Numbered from the stretch's first letter, positions 45,022 through 54,936 are shown. The stretch: DNA of 64,000 nt from an uncultured Candidatus Saccharibacteria bacterium (GCA_964520645.1 CAZFND010000003.1:881-64880); one strand, 5' to 3'. The notes: generated from the sequence alone by a model not told the origin. Program-made: numbers and translations.

Positions 45022-46065
45022 ATGAATCCCGAATCTATAAATATATACGATCGATTGCCCGATGATCACGAATTAATTGAAAAATATCAACCTAAATTTA
45101 TAAATCGTGGTGGTGATCATCTTGTATATGAAGTTGTTGATCATCCTGAAATAGTTATTAAAGCATCAACTTTCAAAATTAAAGATATTATTAGTGAAAA
45201 TGCTGAATCTGGTGGTGAGCTGAATTCGTTGTCAGACATACAAAGAGAGAATTTGCAGAAAGAGTTAGACGAGAAAAATCAGCAAATTAAGGAACTACGT
45301 CAATACTTTGGTAAGGAGCACACCTTATCTGAAAGGAGGTACTTAATGAAAGTCCCAATCTCAAAACAAATACTCGACGAAATATTTTTTGATGATTGGA
45401 AAAACCGTGAATTACCAATAGGTTCAGACGATCTCAATGAAGTATGGTCAGCTGTAATTGTTCAAAAATATACTGAAGAGATCAGTAATCCAGAACATTT
45501 AAGCTTGAATTTTGGTGGCTTTTTAGAAGAGAGGGGATATGATTCAGCAGAGTATAAAAAAATAAATGACGCGTTTATTTTAAGGCATAATGTAAGTTCA
45601 GAGGATATAGAATTATTCTTTAAACTCCAGGATAATCCGGAGAAGCATGCTTTAGCTGACATAATCAATAAAGCAGAATCGGATCAAAAACTCAGGGATG
45701 TACTTGAAGATTTTATAACGAGAACTATAAAGTATACTAATGAAACAGGGAACATTCTTGCGCTTTCAGGTCAAGATAATATTATTTTGTATGAGAAAGA
45801 TGGTGACTGGCAATACCTTTTAGTTGACGCAGTTCCTGTGCATAATGAGCCAGTTTTTAAGGATGCTCAGGATGCAATTGATAGATATCTACAGGGTGAA
45901 GAATTATCAAAGCATGAAATGACATTGATCATGAAATCATTAAATTTTACGCGAGTAATAAATGGTATCTCGAGTAGTTTAGCTTTTAGTGATGGCCTTA
46001 ATTTAGTTGAACAATTGGGTGATAACAAGGATATTGATTTCGAAAAGCTGTTAAATAACAGTTAG
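45022..46065 (+). CDS. Acidic protein with protein-kinase-like fold motifs
   Basis: INRGGDHLVYEV..PEIVIK (Gly loop plus Lys), IVQKY, ILALSGQDNII..LLVD. Confidence 0.5.
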   Translation: MNPESINIYDRLPDDHELIEKYQPKFINRGGDHLVYEVVDHPEIVIKASTFKIKDIISENAESGGELNSLSDIQRENLQKELDEKNQQIKELRQYFGKEHTLSERRYLMKVPISKQILDEIFFDDWKNRELPIGSDDLNEVWSAVIVQKYTEEISNPEHLSLNFGGFLEERGYDSAEYKKINDAFILRHNVSSEDIELFFKLQDNPEKHALADIINKAESDQKLRDVLEDFITRTIKYTNETGNILALSGQDNIILYEKDGDWQYLLVDAVPVHNEPVFKDAQDAIDRYLQGEELSKHEMTLIMKSLNFTRVINGISSSLAFSDGLNLVEQLGDNKDIDFEKLLNNS

Positions 46066-46074
46066 ATATAGAAA

Positions 46075-47121
46075 ATGAATAAACTAGCAAGCAATGAACA
46101 TTCAGCTGAAGTAAAAGTACCAGTTGATCTAAGATGGAAAGATGATCAGTTATTTGTTGTTCTATTTACTATGAAAAGAACTCATTTTCGTGACCCGTTT
46201 TTTATTGATTCATTGGCTAAAGTATACGACATTCTCCACTCACAAATTAAATTACCTGAGGAAAATGAACCATTAGCACGACCTATTTTTTATGATGAAA
46301 ATAGTCCATACGTGACATTAGTACCAATATCTCAATTTATTAGAGAATATAATGTAGCTGTTAAAGAAAAAAGACTAAATTTTATATTTCATATGTCCCG
46401 ATGTGGTTCAACATTAGCGTCACAGATGCTTGCTACATGTGATAGATTTTTTGTGTTATCAGAACCAATAATTATTAACGCAGTATTAGATCCTGCTCTT
46501 AATGTTTCTGTTGATGAGAGAAAGAAGTTGTTTTCTGCATGTATTAACGCTTTAGTTTCTATTGCACCAGAATCATCTGAGGAGGTCTTTGTTAAATTCA
46601 GGAGTTGGAACATCTTCTATTTAGATTTGATTATCAGTGAGTTCCCACTTGTAAGATGGATCTATATTCACCGTAATGGTGTTGAGGTATTGTCATCTGT
46701 ACTGGCAAAACCACCTGGTTGGTTAAGGAGCCGTATTAGTTATGCAAAATACTTTGCCGAGTTATTAAGTGTTAAAAGTGAATTAATTAGGCAAATGACT
46801 ATGGATGAGTTTGTTGCAAGAATATTAGGTGTGTTTTGCCGAACCGCGTTAGCTCACAAGTCAGACAGGTCATGTTTTCTGGAATATACCTATTTAAAGA
46901 AAGATTTCATAAATATTTTATCTAGTCATAATAATATTGTTGTAAGTAAAGATGAGAAAAAGAGAATGATAGAAGCATCTGAAATATACTCAAAAGACAC
47001 GAAAAAGGAAAAGACTTTTGTTCCAGATAGTGACGCAAAAAGATTGAGTGCAACACAGGATCAGGTTGAATTAGTAAATAGATTTGTCGAGAGTGAGCGT
47101 GTAAGGTTAATTAATAATTAA
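46075..47121 (+). CDS. Sulfotransferase-like P-loop protein
   Basis: FIFHMSRCGSTLASQML, VLSEP, FVKFRSW, IYIHRNGVEVLSS (5'PSB and 3'PB-like motifs). Confidence 0.75.
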   Translation: MNKLASNEHSAEVKVPVDLRWKDDQLFVVLFTMKRTHFRDPFFIDSLAKVYDILHSQIKLPEENEPLARPIFYDENSPYVTLVPISQFIREYNVAVKEKRLNFIFHMSRCGSTLASQMLATCDRFFVLSEPIIINAVLDPALNVSVDERKKLFSACINALVSIAPESSEEVFVKFRSWNIFYLDLIISEFPLVRWIYIHRNGVEVLSSVLAKPPGWLRSRISYAKYFAELLSVKSELIRQMTMDEFVARILGVFCRTALAHKSDRSCFLEYTYLKKDFINILSSHNNIVVSKDEKKRMIEASEIYSKDTKKEKTFVPDSDAKRLSATQDQVELVNRFVESERVRLINN

Positions 47122-47131
47122 AAGTGAATAT

Positions 47132-47749
47132 ATGAACATACTTTCAAATGATGCCGAAATAGAATCATTTTTGGATAAGTGTTATCAAGGTGAAATACCA
47201 ATGAAAGGATGGGTACACCCACTTGGATTCATTCACGTGAAAGTTTTACTAAACGGTAATGATGATAATAAGATCCGTTTTAGATTTTGGCCTACCAAAA
47301 TGGATGTGTCGACGCTGGGCGTTACAGACAGAATTCATAATCATGCATTTGATTTCACTAGTTTTATTTTGTGTGGAGATGTAGTAGAAAAGCGTTACGA
47401 CATAATTTTTGATTCATTTGGTACACACAGTATATGGGAGGTTGAAAATCTCGGTGGGAGTTCAACCTTAAGAAAGACCACTGTTAAGTGCATTCTTAAA
47501 GAGAGTGAAAATATTGATCACTCCTCAAGATCTTCTTATAAAATGAAGGCAGGTTTATTCCATGACGCTATAAGTGCAACAGATTGTACCGCAACACTTG
47601 TTTTTGAAACCCCAAGACCAGAAGTAGCTTCACTAGTTATTTGTCCCAATGATGTGGAGAAAATTGGAGATAATAAATGGCCTGAAGTTGCCCAGCAAGA
47701 AATTGTGAATTTAATAGACAAAGTTCTTGAGAAGCGTAGAAATTCCTAA
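47132..47749 (+). CDS. Cupin / double-stranded beta-helix metalloprotein
   Basis: HPLGF, IHNHAFDFTSFILCG, YKMKAGLFH, ATLV. Confidence 0.7.
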   Translation: MNILSNDAEIESFLDKCYQGEIPMKGWVHPLGFIHVKVLLNGNDDNKIRFRFWPTKMDVSTLGVTDRIHNHAFDFTSFILCGDVVEKRYDIIFDSFGTHSIWEVENLGGSSTLRKTTVKCILKESENIDHSSRSSYKMKAGLFHDAISATDCTATLVFETPRPEVASLVICPNDVEKIGDNKWPEVAQQEIVNLIDKVLEKRRNS

Positions 47750-47759
47750 TTATACTTAC

Positions 47760-48266
47760 ATGAACAAAAATGATGAAAAATACATTCTTAAATGTATAGA
47801 ACTTGCAGAAAAATGTACAAAATATGGTGAATTTCCATTTGGTTCAGTTATAGTTTTTAACGATGAGATAGTTGCTGAGCGTCATAATGAATCTCTAAGC
47901 AAAAATGAGGTTTATAGACATGCTGAGATGCTTGCGCTTTTAGACGCTCAAAGCAAGCTTACACCAGAAGAGTTATCTCAGTGCATCATATATAGTAATG
48001 TTGAACCATGCCCAATGTGTTCATTTGCCATTCAAGAGCTTAATATTAGAAAGGTTGTCTTTGGAATGAGATCACCTATTATGGGTGGGTATAGTAAATG
48101 GAAAATCTTGCAAGACGAAGAAATTAACGCTACATTTCCAAATACATTTGGTAATACTCCTGAAATAGTACCTGATGTTTTAACTCATAAAGTAATTGAA
48201 GGCTGGAAAGAATGGAATAAAAAGAAATGGGATAGATTAGTAAAAAACGGCGTATTTAAAGAATAA
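47760..48266 (+). CDS. Zn-dependent nucleoside/nucleotide deaminase (TadA/guanine-deaminase-like)
   Basis: PFGSVIV, HAEM, EPCPMC. Confidence 0.9.
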   Translation: MNKNDEKYILKCIELAEKCTKYGEFPFGSVIVFNDEIVAERHNESLSKNEVYRHAEMLALLDAQSKLTPEELSQCIIYSNVEPCPMCSFAIQELNIRKVVFGMRSPIMGGYSKWKILQDEEINATFPNTFGNTPEIVPDVLTHKVIEGWKEWNKKKWDRLVKNGVFKE

Positions 48267-48275
48267 ATTAAACAT

Positions 48276-49505
48276 ATGATTTTTAATATAATAAAGGATT
48301 TACAAGATTTGAATGAGAGTGAATTCGAAGTGGTTGAACGAAAGGGTAGAGGTCATCCTGATACGTTATCTGACAGATTAGCAGAACTGTTGTCTAGAAC
48401 ATATAGCAAATATACTCTTGAGAAATATGGTGCAGTGCTTAGACATCAGTTTGATAAACTTTCATTGATGGGTGGTAAAACTGAAGTTCGATTTGGTGGG
48501 GGTAACTTTCGATCACCCATAAGACTACTTATAAATGGACGAGTTACTTCAAAAATGGGCGATGAGGATCTGTTCTTTAGAGATATGTTAGTGAGTACTG
48601 CAAAGAAATTTCTAGAAGCAGAACTTAGAAATTTTGACTTTACAATTGATTGCAGGGTTATCATGGAGACAACATCAAATCGAACGAGAGGTATGTCAGA
48701 TGATACACGAAAAGGTTCATCTCCTATTAACTTTAGATTTAGCCCACGTTCACTAAATGATATTCCAGAGGCTAAGCGGCCAGTATCAAATGATACTGCT
48801 GTTGGATGTGGATGGGCACCATATACCAGTCTTGAGAGACTGATCCTTGAGGTTGAGAATAGTCTCACATCAGATAGTGCTAGAGAAAAATATCCTTGGT
48901 TAGGCTCTGACGTTAAGATCATGACTTCTAGAATCAAAGATGAAGTTAATTTGACTATTGCGTGCCCCCAAATTTCAACATTAGTATCTTCAGCTGATGA
49001 GTATAAGAAAAATCTTGTTACAATTCGTGAAATTATCGATGGTGTAGTAAAAAAATACTCTGAGTTCAAAACAGTAAATATTAATCTAAACACTGGTGAC
49101 AATCATGATCAAGAAATGTTTTATCTGCTTTATACAGGGTCATGTATTGAATCTGGAGATGAAGGACAGGTAAGTAGAGGAAATCGCCTGGGAGGAGTGA
49201 TTTCATCATGCAGGCCATTTAGTGTTGAGGGGCTTAGTGGTAAAAATCCTTCATACCACGCAGGTAAGATATATTCTGTGGCTGCATTAGATATTGCAAA
49301 TAAAATTTGGGAAGAACAAAACGTCCCAAGTGAAGTGTATATTATAAGTCAGATTGATCGACTATTAGATGATCCATGGGTAGTGGTTATAAATTCTGTT
49401 AAAGAAATTGACATGGCTAAAGCAGAAGAGTCAGCAAGAAGTGTTCTAGGTAATCTTCCTCAGGTTACTCAGAATCTTCTTGATGGAAAATATCCTCTTG
49501 TGTAG
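48276..49505 (+). CDS. S-adenosylmethionine synthetase, archaeal type
   Basis: EVVERKGRGHPDTLSD, SNDTAVGCGWAP, GSDVKIM, TGSCIESGDEGQV.RGNR, GKNPSYHAGKIY. Confidence 0.9.
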   Translation: MIFNIIKDLQDLNESEFEVVERKGRGHPDTLSDRLAELLSRTYSKYTLEKYGAVLRHQFDKLSLMGGKTEVRFGGGNFRSPIRLLINGRVTSKMGDEDLFFRDMLVSTAKKFLEAELRNFDFTIDCRVIMETTSNRTRGMSDDTRKGSSPINFRFSPRSLNDIPEAKRPVSNDTAVGCGWAPYTSLERLILEVENSLTSDSAREKYPWLGSDVKIMTSRIKDEVNLTIACPQISTLVSSADEYKKNLVTIREIIDGVVKKYSEFKTVNINLNTGDNHDQEMFYLLYTGSCIESGDEGQVSRGNRLGGVISSCRPFSVEGLSGKNPSYHAGKIYSVAALDIANKIWEEQNVPSEVYIISQIDRLLDDPWVVVINSVKEIDMAKAEESARSVLGNLPQVTQNLLDGKYPLV

Positions 49506-49517
49506 TATCTACCATTT

Positions 49518-51314
49518 ATGGATAGCCGAAAAGAAATACTGCTAGATGTTCTTAGAAATCATATAACTTACATTCAAGGTAAGGTTAATGAATCGATAAC
49601 TGAAGTAACAATTCAAAATTCAAAGGGTGCAAAGGAAGCTCGGTCTTTACGTCGTGAAGATCAAGTTGTTTTTTGGAATATTAAAGCCCAATATGAAAAG
49701 AGGTTAGAAGAACTCGCAGAGCTATATAAAGCACCTTACTTTGTGAAGTGTGAACTTAGGTATGACAATGAAACAGAAAGTGTAACGTATCATTTTGCAA
49801 AATTTCAATTTTCCCAGGAATCAATATATTCTTGGGTCGCGCCTATTTCATCAGTTCGATTTGAAAAGCCAGGTAAGGTTTCGTATATCGTACCAAGCGG
49901 GGAAGTTAGGACTGCCACTCTTATAGCTAAAGAACAATATATGATTCTTGATGGCAAAGTAATGTTCTTTACCAGAGAGACAATAGATTCTCCACGAGAT
50001 CTTATTTATCAAGAACACTTTGCAACCAGAAAAGCTGGTTTTGTTTTGCCTGAGATCGTAGCTCAAATGGAAAAAGCTCAGGATCAAGTCATTAGAACCC
50101 ATTATAAGGGTCCTTTAGTTATTTCTGGACCAGCAGGATCAGGAAAAACAACGTTAGCTTTCCACAGAATCGCTTATTTAGTACAAGCTCCTGATACTGC
50201 TCTGCTTTTTCCAAGTAGGTCAATTGCTATTTTTGTCCAAGATGATGGGACTAAGGAATATTTTTCACAGCTGCTTCCAGAACTCGGCATTAAGAATGTG
50301 AGAATTACTACGTTCTCAGAATGGGCATTTAAAATATTAGGTATTAAAGAAGATTTTACTCATGTGACTAGGTATCTTTCTCAAAATGAAGAAGAAGATG
50401 ATATTTACGAATATGAAAAACTTAAGATATTAAGAACGGAGGAAATAATAGAATTTAACTCACGCCCCTTTGCGACACTTGATACGGTGTTTTCTAAGTG
50501 TTTATCAGGTTCAAGTTATAAGGTGTTTTTAAGACAAAAAAAAGAGAAGGTATTAGATAGAATCGATTTAACTATATTGTTAAAAGCTTATAATCAAAAG
50601 CGAGGCAAACTGAAATTCCACAAGGATAAAGATGAAATATTGTACCCACTTATTCTTGTAGATGAATTTCAGAACTATTTGCCAGAGCAACTCCAAATTT
50701 TTAAGAGTTGTCTTGATACAAAGACTAACTCTATGTTGTATGTGGGGGATCTGGCTCAACAAATTAACCTTGGTACGATAAAGTCGTGGCAAGATATATC
50801 AGAAGAGATTGCTGATGAAAGAAGTATTTCACTTAAAAAAGTATATCGAAATACAAAAAATATCCTTTCGTATATTAATAGCTTAGGATATGCCGTATCT
50901 ATTCCAGAAGGTATACGAGAGGGTGATGATGTTAAAGAGGAAATCATAGACTCCATTGAGAGTGAAATTGAATATATAAAAAATGTTATTAAAGTTGATC
51001 AGAATAGAACTATAGGAATCATTACTAAAAATAAGCACTATCTAAAGAAGTTTGAAGTTGAATTTTCAAAAAATCCAAACATCCATTTACTTACCATGAG
51101 CCAATCTCAGGGAGTGGAATTTGATGTCGTATGCATTGTTGGGATCAATCAAGAGACTTTTAATGTCGAACATAATAAAAGCATATCGATAGAACATTAT
51201 GAGGAGAGAAAGCGAATTCAGAAGGATTTATTGTATGTTGCCTTAACTCGTGCTATATCTGAATTGTATATACTAGGCACGCATAAGTTAAAAGAAATGA
51301 TACTATATAGATAA
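49518..51314 (+). CDS. HelD-like SF1 (UvrD-family) ATPase
   Basis: APYF, SWVAPISS, EIVAQMEKAQDQVIR, GPAGSGKTTLAFHRIAYL, VDEFQ, GDLAQ, QGVEFD, LYVALTRA. Confidence 0.85.
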   Translation: MDSRKEILLDVLRNHITYIQGKVNESITEVTIQNSKGAKEARSLRREDQVVFWNIKAQYEKRLEELAELYKAPYFVKCELRYDNETESVTYHFAKFQFSQESIYSWVAPISSVRFEKPGKVSYIVPSGEVRTATLIAKEQYMILDGKVMFFTRETIDSPRDLIYQEHFATRKAGFVLPEIVAQMEKAQDQVIRTHYKGPLVISGPAGSGKTTLAFHRIAYLVQAPDTALLFPSRSIAIFVQDDGTKEYFSQLLPELGIKNVRITTFSEWAFKILGIKEDFTHVTRYLSQNEEEDDIYEYEKLKILRTEEIIEFNSRPFATLDTVFSKCLSGSSYKVFLRQKKEKVLDRIDLTILLKAYNQKRGKLKFHKDKDEILYPLILVDEFQNYLPEQLQIFKSCLDTKTNSMLYVGDLAQQINLGTIKSWQDISEEIADERSISLKKVYRNTKNILSYINSLGYAVSIPEGIREGDDVKEEIIDSIESEIEYIKNVIKVDQNRTIGIITKNKHYLKKFEVEFSKNPNIHLLTMSQSQGVEFDVVCIVGINQETFNVEHNKSISIEHYEERKRIQKDLLYVALTRAISELYILGTHKLKEMILYR

Positions 51315-51357
51315 GTAGTAGTAATATAGTAAGGTTCATTTGTAAAATATTAAAAAT

Positions 51358-51762
51358 ATGAAATGTTTGTTTTGTGACATTATAAATAATAAAGTGCCTG
51401 CTGCTAAAATCTGGGAAGATGAAAATTTTCTAGCTTTTTTAGATATTAATCCTATTAATCCTGGTCACACACTTTTAATTCCTAAAACACATGTAGAGGA
51501 TGTTTTTGAACTATCTGATGATTCTTTTCAACATCTCTTTTTAACTGCAAAAAATATTGCTCCAATTTTACAAAAAGCTACATCTGCAAAAAGAATGGGT
51601 ATTGCAGTTGAAGGTTTTGGAGTGCCGCATGTACATATTCATCTTGTTCCAGTAAATAATGGAAATGAATTAAATCCTGAAAGAGCAAAGAAGTCTACGG
51701 AGTCAGAATTACAGAAAATGAAAATTCGTTTTGAGGAAGCTATGAAAACGCAGATAAGCTAA
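51358..51762 (+). CDS. HIT family hydrolase
   Basis: CLFC, FLDINP..PGHTLLIPK, VPHVHIHLVP. Confidence 0.95.
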   Translation: MKCLFCDIINNKVPAAKIWEDENFLAFLDINPINPGHTLLIPKTHVEDVFELSDDSFQHLFLTAKNIAPILQKATSAKRMGIAVEGFGVPHVHIHLVPVNNGNELNPERAKKSTESELQKMKIRFEEAMKTQIS

Positions 51763-51859
51763 ATCGGTAGTCTAATGAATGAAATACTTCAAGGAAAACT
51801 TGCAGCACACAAACGATAAGAAGTACTTTCTTAAACGTTCTATTTAAAGCAATATAATA

Positions 51860-52360
51860 ATGCAACTAAAATCTACCCATACTGATCGTTTAGGAAGAAG
51901 TCTGAATGTAGCTTATTCAGAAAGTGATCCTCTAAATGATCTTGAAGATAAGATCCTTAATGTTGTCCATGCATTTTGTTTTTATAAAGACCAAATGGTA
52001 TTGGTACTTCATCCTAAAAGTGGATGGATGCCGCCAGGAGGATCTATAGAATCTGGTGAAACATATGAAGAGGCCGTTATACGAGAAGTTAAAGAAGAGA
52101 CCAATATGAAAGTTATTACTCAAAAGCTCATTGGTTTTCAAGATGTTTATGAACCAGACAGAATCGTACGACAAACACGAAGTTTTTGTATTGTTGAAAA
52201 GTATGGAGAATTTGTATCAGATCCTGATGGTGAAATTATGGAAATTAAACTCATTGATCCAAAAGATTATAAGAAATATTTTGATTGGGGAGAAATTGGA
52301 GATAGAATTATGAATAGGGCAATAGAGTTTAAAACTCAATATAATTCTGATAAAAAATAA
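51860..52360 (+). CDS. NUDIX hydrolase
   Basis: PGGSIESGETYEEAVIREVKEETN. Confidence 0.93.
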   Translation: MQLKSTHTDRLGRSLNVAYSESDPLNDLEDKILNVVHAFCFYKDQMVLVLHPKSGWMPPGGSIESGETYEEAVIREVKEETNMKVITQKLIGFQDVYEPDRIVRQTRSFCIVEKYGEFVSDPDGEIMEIKLIDPKDYKKYFDWGEIGDRIMNRAIEFKTQYNSDKK

Positions 52361-52406
52361 CATATGCAGAAAATTAGGGTCAGGTATCTTTAACATTATA
52401 AAATAT

Positions 52407-52850
52407 ATGGAACGAAAAATTAGTCCCGGCGTTGGTGCATTCATTATTTATAACAATACATTTTTGTTACAGCTTCGTGATAACAAACCAGACATTTCTA
52501 ATCCCAACCGCTGGGGATCTGTCGGTGGTGGTATTGAGGGAAATGAAGTGCCGCTTGAAGCCATGAAACGTGAATGCAGAGAAGAAATTGGTTTTATACC
52601 AAATGATATTCGTTATGTGGGTCGTAACCTTGATAGTAAATATCGTTATTGTATCTATCTTTCTGAAGAAGAAGTTTCGCATATTGTACGTGGAGAAGGA
52701 CAAGAACTTAAATTTTTTACATTAGATGAAATTCCTTTAGAGCGTTGTACACCCATTGCTCAATTATTTTTTACTAAGTATCGACAGGTAACTGAAAAGT
52801 TATTACAAGGTATTAGTATAGAACCTGAAGAATTGGATTTAATAAAATAG
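52407..52850 (+). CDS. NUDIX hydrolase
   Basis: LLQLRD, GGGIEGNEVPLEAMKRECREEIG. Confidence 0.9.
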   Translation: MERKISPGVGAFIIYNNTFLLQLRDNKPDISNPNRWGSVGGGIEGNEVPLEAMKRECREEIGFIPNDIRYVGRNLDSKYRYCIYLSEEEVSHIVRGEGQELKFFTLDEIPLERCTPIAQLFFTKYRQVTEKLLQGISIEPEELDLIK

Positions 52851-52914
52851 ATCTTGCTTTAGATAGGTTGTACTGACATAGACGCCTGCATTCTATGATG
52901 CTATATTTTGATAT

Positions 52915-53367
52915 ATGCAAAAAATTCATTTTTCTATACAAATAAATGCTCCACGGGAAAAGGTGTGGGATGTGATGTTGAGTGACAAGACCTATCGAGA
53001 ATGGACAAGTGCCTTTAATCCTGGAGGATACTATAAAGGTGATTGGAATGAGGGATCAAAGATTTTATTCGTTGGGCAAGATCCTAAAACAGGATTGGAG
53101 GGCGGTATGGTGAGTCGAATCAAAGAAAGCCGAAAGCCTGAGTTTGTTTCTATTCAACATCTTGGTATCGTAAATAACGGCGTTGAGGATACAACCAGCG
53201 AGCAGGCTAAGAAATGGACGCCTGCATTTGAAAATTATACATTTACAGAAAAAGACGGTGCGACTCAACTTGATGTTGATGTGGATACCGTAGATGAAAT
53301 GAAGGAGGAATTTGAAGGCATGTGGCCTAAGGCGCTTGAATCACTCAAAGAGATTGCTGAGAGATAG
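52915..53367 (+). CDS. SRPBCC/Aha1 domain protein
   Basis: IQINAPREKVW, YREWT.AF, GDWNEGSKI, WPKALESLKEIAE. Confidence 0.88.
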   Translation: MQKIHFSIQINAPREKVWDVMLSDKTYREWTSAFNPGGYYKGDWNEGSKILFVGQDPKTGLEGGMVSRIKESRKPEFVSIQHLGIVNNGVEDTTSEQAKKWTPAFENYTFTEKDGATQLDVDVDTVDEMKEEFEGMWPKALESLKEIAER

Positions 53368-53379
53368 TAAATAACATCT

Positions 53380-53814
53380 ATGGCCGAACTAAAGACAAAA
53401 GTTAATACAGCGAGTGTTGAGAAATTTTTGAATACAATCAAAGATGAGGAGAAACGCAGCGATTGTTTTGCAATTTCTAGTATGATGGAGAAGGCGACAA
53501 AGTCTAAGCCAGAAATGTGGGGCGCATCTATTGTTGGCTTTGGTCGCAGAAAGTATACGTATGCAAATGGTAAAGAAGGAGAGTGGATGGTAATAGGCTT
53601 TGCTCCTCGTAAACAAAATATTGCTCTCTATGGATTAAAAGTTTTTACTATGACTCACGGGGGTTTGAAAGAAAATAAAGGCGAAAACGATTTTCTTCTA
53701 AAATTAGGTAAATATAAAGAAGGAGGAGGATGTCTCTATATCAACAAACTTTCTGATATTAATACAAAAGAGCTTGAGAAAATTATTAAGCTTGCGGTGA
53801 GTAGGAAGAAATAA
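53380..53814 (+). CDS. DUF1801 domain protein
   Basis: MWGASIVGFG, GFAPRKQNIALY, LGKYK.G.GCLYINKLSDI. Confidence 0.88.
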   Translation: MAELKTKVNTASVEKFLNTIKDEEKRSDCFAISSMMEKATKSKPEMWGASIVGFGRRKYTYANGKEGEWMVIGFAPRKQNIALYGLKVFTMTHGGLKENKGENDFLLKLGKYKEGGGCLYINKLSDINTKELEKIIKLAVSRKK

Positions 53815-53853
53815 GAAGTTCAATTTTATATTTATTAGCGTATAATGCTAGCT

Positions 53854-54234
53854 ATGTATATTTATTTTGCTACCCTAATTATTTTTTCTATTATTGATGG
53901 TACATGGCTCTATTTTATGGGCGCACAGTATAAGATATGGCTCAGCACGTTATTTGCTCCTCAATTCAACCTCGTGCCAGCAATCCTGTTTTATTTTCTG
54001 TACAGTGCCGGTTTGCTTTTCTTTGTAATTAATCCATCTCTCAGAAATCATACTTCACTTATATCAGTGTTTCTTGCTGGAGCATTCTTAGGCTTGTGCG
54101 CATATGGTACATACGATCTTACAAATCAATCAGTACTTCGAGACTGGCCATTAATTGTTACCGTGATTGATATCGCCTGGGGAGCATTTGCTACTGGAGT
54201 AGCATGTAGTATTGTCGTTTCGATTTTTAAATAA
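53854..54234 (+). CDS. DUF2177 family membrane protein
   Basis: IDGTWL, GLCAYGTYDLTN, W..TVIDIAWG. Confidence 0.88.
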   Translation: MYIYFATLIIFSIIDGTWLYFMGAQYKIWLSTLFAPQFNLVPAILFYFLYSAGLLFFVINPSLRNHTSLISVFLAGAFLGLCAYGTYDLTNQSVLRDWPLIVTVIDIAWGAFATGVACSIVVSIFK

Positions 54235-54235
54235 T

Positions 54236-54709
54236 ATGAAGAGTTCTTCTATGCTAAAAATTCTTCCCCCAATATGGTTTTTCATATTTCTTTTATTAGC
54301 TTTAGCACTGCACTTTTTTGTTACGGCAGCGCATGTGTTTAATCTTTCTGGATTCATACTATATAAGATAATTGGAATTGTAATTTTCATAGTTGGAATG
54401 GGACTCAGTCTTCAGGCAAGTAAACAGTTTAAAGAAGAAAATACAGAGATAATTCCCACATCACCAACTAACAGAGTTCTTATCATTAAAGGTGCATTTA
54501 AGTATTCACGTAATCCTATGTATCTTGGAATGGTACTGTCATTAATAGGTATTGGATTATTTGTAGGAACACTTCCTGTACTTGTTGCTGCTCTTGCACA
54601 ATTTGTAGTTCTAAACTTTTTCTTTATTCCTTTTGAAGAAGAAAAAATGGCACGACAATTTGGAGATACATATACTGCATACAAATCGTCAGTGAGAAGA
54701 TGGATATAG
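54236..54709 (+). CDS. Isoprenylcysteine carboxyl methyltransferase/PEMT family membrane protein
   Basis: GAFKYSRNPMYLG, IPFEEEKM..FG..Y..YK..VRRWI. Confidence 0.88.
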   Translation: MKSSSMLKILPPIWFFIFLLLALALHFFVTAAHVFNLSGFILYKIIGIVIFIVGMGLSLQASKQFKEENTEIIPTSPTNRVLIIKGAFKYSRNPMYLGMVLSLIGIGLFVGTLPVLVAALAQFVVLNFFFIPFEEEKMARQFGDTYTAYKSSVRRWI

Positions 54710-54765
54710 ATAAAGGAAACACAAGAACTTTTTATAGATTTGATTTACTGAGTGATATCAGCTAA

Positions 54766-54936
54766 TTACCAACGATGAAGGCGGAAACCAATTAAAATTC
54801 CAATAAAACCCCCAAGAATAGCAAGAATAATTGATGGGCGTGAAAAAAATGGTGCCCCCCATAATAATGGGATAGTTGCTCCTATAACAGCACCAATCCA
54901 CAAACAAAATGGAATCATTGATTTTGTATAGTCCAT
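54766..54936 (-). CDS. Small Gly-rich 2-TM protein (56 aa, below ORF-track cutoff)
   Basis: MDYTKSMIPFCLWIGAVIGATIPLLWGAPFFSRPSIILAILGGFIGILIGFRLHRW. Confidence 0.65.
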   Translation of the reverse strand: MDYTKSMIPFCLWIGAVIGATIPLLWGAPFFSRPSIILAILGGFIGILIGFRLHRW

